A DNA stretch of 29,874 nucleotides from NCBI GenBank assembly GCA_037133055.1, contig JBAXOY010000024.1, positions 1-29,874 of the forward strand, given 5' to 3'. Within the stretch, counting starts at the first letter, position 1. Every line of letters begins with the position of its first letter. Origin of the DNA: Chlamydiota bacterium. GTDB lineage: Bacteria; Auribacterota; Tritonobacteria; UBA1439. The position numbers were made by a program, and so were the translations under genes. The notes below the pieces were generated by a model. It saw nothing but the letters and a program-made list of their open reading frames with translations. It did not search any database and was not told the DNA's origin. Shown piece after piece: positions 1 to 6,800 of this stretch.

Positions 1-922
1 TCCTGAACGTGTACGTGGCGCCGTTCGTGACGATGACGATCTGGCCGTTCGCCACCTGGACATTGGAGGCGGTTCCCCCGGCCCCCGCCTCGGTCTGCAG
101 GATCTTCTGCACCCGCACGGTCGGGTCGTTCAAACGGTCGATCGTCTCCTGCGTGGGGTGGCCGAATGAGTTTTGCCCCACCATGATCACGGCGAATTCG
201 GGCAGGACATTCTGGAGAAAGGTGATCGGGGAGCTGTACTTGCTCCCGTGGTGATCGACTTTCAACACGTCGATCTTCCACCCCCTGGCGGCAAGCTGCC
301 CGCCCAGAATCTGTTCCGCACTCGACTCGAGGTCGCCGCAGGACAGGTAGTCGAACCCCCGGAATCTCACCACCACGCCTACGGAGGTCCCGTTCGTGGT
401 CGAGCCGGGATCCTTGTAGGCGCCGTCGATGATATAGCCGTTCGACGTCACGCAGGTGACCGTTGCGTCGCCCCCGGAGTAAAAAACCTGTCCCGGTGTG
501 GTGTTGGTCCAGTCGTACCTCGTGGTCGAACCGTCTATCACGCCGGAAGACTGGAGTTTCGGGTAGCCGCCGTCGTGGTCGCCGTCGGTGTGGGTGACCA
601 CCACCTTGTCGAGGTGCGTGATCCCCAGCCTCGCGAGGAGATCGGATACGTTGGACACCTCCGAGCTCTTCCCCGTGTCTATCAGCATGGTGCTGCGGTC
701 GGGGAAGACGACGAGCGCGGAATCCCCCTGTCCGACGTCTATCGCGTAGATGGTCAGGGTCGAGACAGCGGACCTCAACCCCTCTTCGGCCGGCGTGAAC
801 CCGGCATCGCCGACCCCGGATTGGGCGGGCAGCGCCCGGGCGAAGAGAAGAACCGCCAGCACCGTGAGGGAACCCGCTTTTATGAATGACCATCTGCTGT
901 CATGCATAAGTCTTGGCCTCAT
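1..922 (-). CDS. Secreted ComEC/Rec2-like metallo-beta-lactamase-fold hydrolase (3' end runs off the window; absent from the ORF track)
   Basis: Manual translation from ATG 922 (alternative 907): signal-like LTVLAVLLFARALPA, then TIYAIDVGQGDSALV, MLIDTG, VVTHTDGDHDGG, YLSCGDLE, IDVLKVDHHGSKYSS, GQNSFGHPTQETIDRL. Open to the window edge. Confidence 0.9.
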   Translation of the reverse strand, partial: MRPRLMHDSRWSFIKAGSLTVLAVLLFARALPAQSGVGDAGFTPAEEGLRSAVSTLTIYAIDVGQGDSALVVFPDRSTMLIDTGKSSEVSNVSDLLARLGITHLDKVVVTHTDGDHDGGYPKLQSSGVIDGSTTRYDWTNTTPGQVFYSGGDATVTCVTSNGYIIDGAYKDPGSTTNGTSVGVVVRFRGFDYLSCGDLESSAEQILGGQLAARGWKIDVLKVDHHGSKYSSPITFLQNVLPEFAVIMVGQNSFGHPTQETIDRLNDPTVRVQKILQTEAGAGGTASNVQVANGQIVIVTNGATYTFR

Positions 923-1028
923 GCGAATAGTATAGTGTCCCGTGAATAACTATACAGTTGCCGTCTGCTTCGTTTTTTCGCTGTCCCGACTGTATACATC
1001 CCGGCTCGATCGTCCCAAAGAAGGATAT

Positions 1029-1044
1029 AGCAATTAGTGTGCCA
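1029..1044 (-). promoter_or_regulatory. sigma54 -24/-12 promoter of the ComEC-like gene
   Basis: Minus strand TGGCACACTAATTGCT matches TGGCAC-N5-TTGCW, about 110 nt upstream of the ATG. Confidence 0.75.
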
Positions 1045-1068
1045 GCATTGCCGACTATCTCAGTTGCG

Positions 1069-1187
1069 TAACAGATTGATACTGATGTAGTTAGGGATAT
1101 GAAATGCACTACGGTTTTAAACTGTGCCAAAGATGGCCTTTTCGTGCTGAATTGGAAGGCAAAACAATGCCATAATGGCATTGTTTT
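1069..1187. promoter_or_regulatory. IHF-like site and palindromic enhancer (UAS) candidate
   Basis: Minus-strand TATCAATCTGTTA (1069-1081) fits WATCAA-N4-TTR. Perfect palindrome AAAACAATGCCAT-A-ATGGCATTGTTTT at 1161-1187. Confidence 0.55.
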
Positions 1188-1256
1188 GTCGGCATTACAA
1201 AAGTCGTGAATTCTATGCGGGAAACGAATTGTTCCGCCTCCCAAATACAGCGCCAA

Positions 1257-1391
1257 TTACAAGTTGTAGGGCGAGGCGGGGGACGGAGTGAGGCCGGTGT
1301 CTATCAGGCCGATGACGATCTTGTGCGTCCCCTCGTACCCGAGGGGGATGCCCGGCACCGATACGAGCGTGCCCGCATATCCGTCGGGCAT
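1257..1391 (-). pseudogene. Fragment (copy 1) of the C-terminal domain of the giant and 177-aa proteins
   Basis: Translates MPDGYAGTLVSVPGIPLGYEGTHKIVIGLIDTGLTPSPASPYNL*, clearly homologous to LPDGYRGAVVSVPSIPLGYEGTHKIVIGLID in 3268..3801. Confidence 0.85.
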
Positions 1392-1433
1392 CAGCCAAGC
1401 GCCATTGGGCGGCGGCTGGATGCCCTTGTCGGC
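1382..1433 (-). mobile_element. Degenerate attC-like site downstream of hicA
   Basis: Minus strand GCCGACAAGGGCATCCAGCCG-CCGCCCAATGGCGC-TTGGCTGATGCCCGACG. Arms GGGCATC(C)AGCC / GGCTGATGCCC have one extrahelical base; the AAC/GTT cores are eroded. Confidence 0.6.
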
Positions 1434-1491
1434 ATCGGTTTACGTGGTTCAAGGCGCACAACCACATGGCATGAGGATTGTTCAGTGGTTT

Positions 1492-1707
1492 TCACAAGTC
1501 TTCAGGGGTAAGACCTGTATGTTTTGAAATCCGAACCAACATCTTCGGACCGATCTCTTCACGATCATGAAATGCGAAAACATAACTGGGCCATCCCGGC
1601 CGAGCAAGAATGCGATGAGAGGTACCTGACTGTCTTTTGATTACCCAGCCAATACGAAGAAGAGCGGCGAGGACTTGTTGGGATCTGGTTGATGGCCACC
1701 GGCTCAT
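1492..1707 (-). CDS. hicA: HicA-family toxin (mRNA interferase)
   Basis: 71 aa, LLRIGWVIKRQSGTSHRIL...FAFHDREEIGPKMLVRISKHTGL; start overlaps the upstream stop (ATGA). Confidence 0.88.
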   Translation of the reverse strand: MSRWPSTRSQQVLAALLRIGWVIKRQSGTSHRILARPGWPSYVFAFHDREEIGPKMLVRISKHTGLTPEDL

Positions 1708-1904
1708 GCAGAAACCGCGAACACTTCCTTGAGCTCTGGAATCTCTTCATCATGTTCAAGACGGTCAGCCATGACTCGCAATGCCAATGCTTCTGCCCTT
1801 GCAATGGCTTGCTTGCGAGTATCTCCGTAGACTACGACTCCGGGAAGCTCCGGGATTTCAGCTATCCAGCGGCCGTCATCTTCTCTTTCGATTTCGATCT
1901 TCAT
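1704..1904 (-). CDS. hicB: HicB-family antitoxin (short form)
   Basis: MKIEIEREDDGRWIAEIPELPGVVVYGDTRKQAIARAEAL; ATG 1904 follows AAGGTG. Confidence 0.88.
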   Translation of the reverse strand: MKIEIEREDDGRWIAEIPELPGVVVYGDTRKQAIARAEALALRVMADRLEHDEEIPELKEVFAVSA

Positions 1905-1922
1905 GCAGTCACCTTGGGAAAT

Positions 1923-1952
1923 AGGATACCTCATTCAGAGGGAGGTATGCAA
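1923..1952 (-). promoter_or_regulatory. sigma70-like promoter with an overlapping palindrome for hicBA
   Basis: TTGCAT-N18-TATCCT overlapped by the inverted repeat ATACCTC-N9-GAGGTAT (1926-1948). Confidence 0.5.
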
Positions 1953-2025
1953 TCCTTGTTTTCTTCGTAACCGGGCAAATAAGACCGGAACATGCTGCAG
2001 TAGATGGCATTGAATACAACGTCTG

Positions 2026-2144
2026 CTATGGCGTGGCTACGGTGACAAACTCCTCGTCCCACTAGCGGGGCGAATCGATGAAGTTGTAGGGCGAGGCGGG
2101 GTACGGGAAAGACTAAGGATGGTGTGGTCGATCAGGCCGACAAC
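2026..2144 (-). pseudogene. Fragment (copy 2) of the same C-terminal domain, with frameshift and premature stop
   Basis: 2016-2140 aligns to 3258-3383 with a 1-nt deletion and TAC>TAG at 2062-2064; reads VVGLIDHTI..SFPYPASPYNFIDSPR*WDEEFVTVATP*. Confidence 0.9.
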
Positions 2145-2178
2145 GTCTGGCGGGATCGCCTCCACCTGCTGGCTCGGC
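2136..2178 (-). mobile_element. Truncated attC-like remnant after the DUF2283 gene
   Basis: Minus strand GCCGAGCCAGCAGGTGGAGGCGATCCCGCCAGAC-GTTGTCGGC: complementary ends GCCGA.../...TCGGC and a GTT core right after the stop codon; the central arm appears deleted. Confidence 0.35.
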
Positions 2179-2181
2179 GCT

Positions 2182-2394
2182 CTATCCCGCACTGCGCACG
2201 AGTGGCAATGCATTTGCCTCGATTCGGCTGAGGTCAAGCACATTCTTGGCGTGTTCGATGTCAATGCCAACCGGTTTCCCGTCCTTGTCGAAGTCAAAGA
2301 CGATGCCTGGCGCGACCTCTTTCGCCGTGACACCTGGTCGCTCAATCAGATGGATGTACAACGAATCGGTGTCTGAATGGTAGCTCAGTCTCAT
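2182..2394 (-). CDS. DUF2283-family antitoxin-like protein
   Basis: MRLSYHSDTDSLYIHL...EVAPGIVFDFDKDGKPVGIDIEHA is the typical DUF2283 pattern; coupled (ATGA) to the upstream toxin remnant. Confidence 0.85.
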   Translation of the reverse strand: MRLSYHSDTDSLYIHLIERPGVTAKEVAPGIVFDFDKDGKPVGIDIEHAKNVLDLSRIEANALPLVRSAG

Positions 2395-2545
2395 TGATCT
2401 GCCCTCCGCTGGAAGCTCCGGTCAAAGAATGCGTTAAGAATGGTGACATGGTCGTCTAATGTGACGACGCGCAGATATCGGTTGCCATATTCCGGCACGC
2501 GCCCCCGGAACCGACATCTGCCGTCCGCTTGCTCTTCAACGCGTT
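2391..2545 (-). pseudogene. 3' remnant of the small toxin partner of DUF2283
   Basis: VEEQADGRCRFRGRVPEYGNRYLRVVTLDDHVTILNAFFDRSF resembles the DGR..RYLRVV.L.D..T.HNAFFDR proteins found before DUF2283. No plausible N-terminus or start. Confidence 0.65.
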
Positions 2546-2645
2546 CCTCTTTTGAAATATTTCCGTGTAGCCTTTCGACTCGGAATGACAGTCTTCCATT
2601 GAAGCTCCTTCTTTGATTCGTCGAAGGGAACCATGTGGATCTTCG
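2536..2645 (-). pseudogene. 3' remnant of a BrnT-like toxin
   Basis: IHMVPFDESKKELQWKTVIPSRKATRKYF* resembles the YLVPFVE....FLKTIIPSRKATK.YL C-terminus of BrnT-type toxins; different frame from the adjacent remnant. Confidence 0.55.
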
Positions 2646-2727
2646 GGCGAGCAGATTTCGGGTCACACGTAATCCGAATTCCCGACAATCTGCCTGACCA
2701 TCGTTCGCAAGCGGCGCCAGTTTCCGC

Positions 2728-2787
2728 CACGAACGTTACGGTTTAGCGACGGCGCGTAGCGCCGTCCGCTGCAACCGGTTGTTGGCC
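2728..2787 (-). mobile_element. Integron attC site (60 bp)
   Basis: Minus strand GGCCAAC-AACCGGTTGCAGCGGACGGCGC-TAC-GCGCCGTCGCTAAACCGTAAC-GTTCGTG: AAC and GTT cores around an imperfect hairpin with extrahelical bases. The ORF reads through it as ANNRLQRTALRAVAKP, the classic attC read-through. Confidence 0.8.
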
Positions 2788-2939
2788 ATTATTCTTCTTG
2801 GCTTCAATCGAACCATCGCGAGCGAGTATCTCTTTTGATGTTGGCGAATGTCCGCAAGGATTACGTCCAGATCGAACCCGCATTGCCGTTCGTGTTCATG
2901 CCGGATGCGGCGAACTTCTTCTACGATAGGGTCTTTCAT
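2736..2939 (-). CDS. Small putative antitoxin partner of a PIN-domain toxin
   Basis: MKDPIVEEVRRIRHEHERQCGFDLDVILADIR resembles the family that follows YIETT-type PIN genes; ATGA-coupled to the PIN remnant. Confidence 0.75.
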   Translation of the reverse strand: MKDPIVEEVRRIRHEHERQCGFDLDVILADIRQHQKRYSLAMVRLKPRRIMANNRLQRTALRAVAKP

Positions 2940-3108
2940 GTCACACCTCGTATCAGTTCTTCAGGCGAGCACATCTCCGGGGAAACGTATCCAGCGTTTT
3001 CCACCACAAGCGCCGCGTGGTGTCCTGATGCCCGGCGATCACGCGATTCGAAGACGTTCGCCCAGTAAGGTAACTTACCACGGTCGTTTCGATGTACACC
3101 TTCTTCAC
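2936..3108 (-). pseudogene. PIN-domain (VapC-like) toxin gene with a large internal deletion and frameshift
   Basis: GTG 3108 gives MKKVYIETTVVSYLTGRTSSNRVIAGHQDTTRRLW (PIN N-terminus). Near 3000-3008 it joins out of frame to VENAGYVSPEMCSPEELIRGVT* (PIN C-terminal P.ICTPEEL-like motif). Confidence 0.8.
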
Positions 3109-3114
3109 GCAGCC

Positions 3115-3143
3115 ATTGTACCATTTTTGCCTTCATCGCGCAA
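3115..3143 (-). promoter_or_regulatory. sigma70 promoter for a probably leaderless PIN TA transcript
   Basis: TTGCGC-N17-TACAAT with an extended TG; 6 nt separate the -10 box from the GTG and there is no RBS. Confidence 0.6.
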
Positions 3144-3267
3144 ACAGGCGAGAGGTGAGACCCTACTATTACCTGGATTCGGCGGGACGATCACGGGAAT
3201 CACGTCCACGATGGGGACGAATAAGATTGGAACATCCTGCAGAAGATGGAATTGTACACAACGTCTG

Positions 3268-3801
3268 CTATGGCGTGGCGACAGTAACGAACTCCTCGTC
3301 CCAGTAGCGGGGCGAATCGATGAAGTTGTAGGGAGAGGAGGGGGACGGGAAAGACTGTGGGATGGTGTGGTCGATCAGGCCGATGACGATCTTGTGCGTG
3401 CCCTCGTAGCCGAGGGGGATGCTCGGCACGGAGACCACAGCCCCCCGGTAGCCGTCGGGGAGCGTCACGCTTCGCGCGATCGGGGCTGGTTCCGCGCTCA
3501 GGGAACACGGAGGCGGTCCCGTCAGATACCGGACGCCCCCGCCGGAGAGAAAGATCGCGCCCCAGGCGTCCACCGCTTTGCTTCCATCCAGGGCTTCGAT
3601 ATCCACATCGATCCTGATCGGCCCGAAGAGCTTCGGGCCCGCGGGGCTCACGTTGACGCGGAGTAATGGCTCCGGGGTGGGTGCCGGTGAACTAACCGGT
3701 GTCGGCGACGCCGTCACATCACCACCTGCGTCGCCGTGGATCGGGACCGCAGCTATCGCAATGCAAAGCGCCGCTCCCGCGGCATGTCGAAGGATCTTCA
3801 T
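3268..3801 (-). CDS. Secreted 177-aa protein: signal peptide, P/T/S linker and stand-alone CTD
   Basis: MKILRHAAGAALCIAIAAVPIHG signal; the rest aligns with the last ~125 aa of the giant protein (PKLFGPIRIDVDI..VDAWGAI..YL.GPPPC.LSA..APIAR.VTL..PRYWDE.FVTV). Confidence 0.85.
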   Translation of the reverse strand: MKILRHAAGAALCIAIAAVPIHGDAGGDVTASPTPVSSPAPTPEPLLRVNVSPAGPKLFGPIRIDVDIEALDGSKAVDAWGAIFLSGGGVRYLTGPPPCSLSAEPAPIARSVTLPDGYRGAVVSVPSIPLGYEGTHKIVIGLIDHTIPQSFPSPSSPYNFIDSPRYWDEEFVTVATP

Positions 3802-3825
3802 AATGACACGGGGTCACCGGGCCCC

Positions 3826-6800
3826 TCACGGTAGCGTGACCGTCACGAAGTCCTCGTCCCAGTAGCGCGGGATAAAATGATAATCGGGCGCCGCGGGATC
3901 GGGGGTGACCCCGGTGCCTATCAGCCCGACGACCACCTTGTGCGTCCCTTCGTTCCCAAGCGGGATGCTCGCCACGGACAGCAGGGTGCCGCTGTATCCG
4001 CCGGTGAGCGTCACCCCGCGCGCGATCGGCGCGGCGGTTGCGCTCAACCGGCAAGGCGGCGGCCCTACGAGGTACTGCACACCGCCGGCGGCGGTATAAA
4101 TCGCGCCCCACGCGTCCACCCTCGTGCTCCCGAGAACGCTGGCATCGATATTCACATCTATCCTGAGCGGCCCGAATACCTTGGGATTCGAGGGGCTGGT
4201 GTTGATGATCAACAGTGACGGCAGCGGGGTTAGCGTGGGCGTAAACGTCGGTGTTATGGTGGGCGTGCGTGTCGGTGTTATGGTGGGCGTGGGGGTCGGA
4301 GCCGTCGGGGTGGGCGTGGCGGTCGGGGTGGGTGTGGCGGTCGGGATGGCTGTCGGGGGGGTGACGATCGGCATCATGACAAAATCTTTCCCATTGAGGT
4401 CCGTGTCAAGCAGCGTGACCGATATGGAGACCGGCAAAAATGCGTATCCCTGCTTCGCCGGGGTAATGGTATAGGTGTAGCCGGGGGGGATGCTGGGGAC
4501 CACCAGCCCGTAAATCGTGTAATCCCCATTCTGGTCGGTCATCCCGATCCGGTCGTTGTCTGTGTACGGGGTGGCGTAGCGCGCGTAGAGCTGCACCCTG
4601 TCGGCCGGGGTCGGGATCGGGGTCACTCCCGGGGTCGGGGTCACCGCCATTGTGATGCGTCCGGAAACGGAGTGCGTCCGTGGGCTCGTGAGGTAGTTCG
4701 AGTAATCGATGTTTCCCAGCGCGGGGACGTCGGACTCATCGTAAAGGAACTTTTCGATCAGCGTGGTGTCCGTCGTCAGCCACCAGTTGAACCGGGCGTT
4801 CATGTCCTCCGGGCAGTTATTTTTCACGTTGAAGGTCGCCGAGGGGTTCAATACCCCGAGGAATTCGTTCCCGCCCGTGGGGGCGCTGTTGCCGAGCTTG
4901 ACCGTGCCACACCCGTCTTCCCGCGTGAGCCCCACCCCCCAGTTCTCGAAGACGGTGTTGCTGATGGCGCAGTTTCCCGAGCTCTTCCAATCGACACCCA
5001 TCCCCGACGCGTTCCCCTGGACGATATTGGAGTAGTTCCACGCGAGGCTCGCCGCGCTCTCGCCGAGGATTCCCGCATCAATGCTCGTGCCCGGGAAAAG
5101 CAGGTGCGTCACCATCCGGGCGTTCAGCATCGCCGAGTCGGATATTCCGATCGTGCCGTTCCCCAGCACGGAAAAAACGAGATTCAGGATTGAGGCGTTC
5201 GTCGCCTCGCCCAGCCCGGCGACCGGACAAGACACCGCTGCCGGGGCATCCATGACCGACGATCCCTGCACGGTCAGGATGGCGCTGCCCTTGCCCTCTA
5301 TACCCGTCGCGGTAATGTTGCGGCAGAGGGTTGCCGTGAAAATCGGCGCCGAAGTCCCGTCCGCCGTGATCCCCGTTGTTACCGTGTCGATCGTGCACAT
5401 GTCGAACGCCGGGCAGGTGAACGCCGTGGAGCTGTTCACCGAGATGCCTGTGGCGCAGTTCTCGATATCAGCGTTACGGACCCAGGGGCGCGGGTTGTTC
5501 GCCGCCGTGGCGTCGAGGTTCGACTCGATATCGAGGCCGTATACCGCATACCGTAAGTAGACGCCGTCGATCCAGGAGCTCGCGGTCGTATCGGAAAGGA
5601 CGATTCCGAGCCAGTCGGACACGGCGCTGCCGTTCGAGGTAAGGATTGGGACCGACCCGCCCGCCTCCCCGAGAATATTGATGCGGCCATAGACATCGAT
5701 CTCGCCGCGCTCGCCATCCCATCCGCCGCTCGTATCGTCGCTCAGGGCGTTGAATACAAGAGAGGCGGCCGGCTCCAGTGTCAGGGTGAACCCGGCCGGC
5801 ACCACGAGGTCGCCCGTCATCGTGGCGCTCCCTGCGATAGTCGTGTCGGCGGCGAGCGTCCCCGACCCGCCCACCGTGAACCCGTGCGTCAGCGTCCCCG
5901 ACCCGGCGCTCGTCATCGTCAGGTCATAACTCCCAACCCTCAATCCCGCCGGCACTCGCGCCGAGACCTGCGTCGGGCTCACCACCGCCACGTTCGTGCA
6001 GAGCGTCACTCCGACCGTCACGCCCGTTGTCCCAGTAAAGTTCGTCCCCGTGATGGTGATGTTAGTCGTACCGTTGTTGGGCCCCCCTGTCGGGCTCACG
6101 GATGAAACCACCGGCTCTCCCACGGGCGCCGCGCTTACCGTGTACGCTCCCGCGAGCGTCCCGGCCTGCGCGAGCGGGTTTGTCACGCGAATCGCGTACG
6201 TCCCCGCCGCGATCCCCGACGGCACGTTCGCCGTGAACTGCAACGCCGTTATGAACCGCACGTCCGTGCACCGCGTCGGGTTCGGCGTGGTCATGATCTC
6301 GACTTTCGGGATGTAAACGAATCCCGTCCCGTATACGGTGATCGAGGTCGTCTTGTTCGCGTTGCCGTTGTTCGGGACTATCGGGGAAGTGATCGTCGGC
6401 GTCCCCACCACGGTGTACGCGTTCGCGAGGCCGGCAATGTCCACTGTGAGCGGGTAAAGGCCCGGCGTCATGCCGGAGGGGACCGTCGCCAGAATGCAGG
6501 TCGAGCTGATCAGGCGCACGTTCGTGCACGCCGTGGCGCCGATGGCCACGGTCGGGGACATGACGGAATCGAAGCTCTCTCCCACGACGATGATATCCGT
6601 CGCCGCCGCGGCGAGGCCCATCGGGGGGCTGACGCCGATGACGTTAATCGGCGGGTAGAGCACTTCGTAGCCCGACGCAAGTTCGCCGCACTTCACAGGC
6701 GCCCCCTCGCTGCACGGGGGGTTGCAGACCCGCACGGTGTAGATTCCCCGGTCGATGCCGATCGGGACCTGGGCGGTGATTTCCGTGCTGCTCACGAAAC

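Noticed and set aside
900..1256. 118-aa ORF whose FPHRI (about 1209-1223) matches the pilin C-terminus FPHRIP at 14/15 nt
   Set aside because: The ORF spans an AT-rich promoter region; the match is too short to distinguish from chance.
1467..1482. TGGCATGAGGATTGTT as a plus-strand sigma54 promoter
   Set aside because: The -12 GC is missing and no plus-strand gene follows.
2936..3136. ORF-track 66-aa protein MKAKMVQW... as an intact gene
   Set aside because: Its start lies within the promoter; the PIN N-terminus is in another frame, so this is a pseudogene chimera.
1257..4215. CTD copies as a diversity-generating retroelement TR/VR pair
   Set aside because: No reverse transcriptase in the window; differences are not adenine-specific and include indels and synonymous changes.
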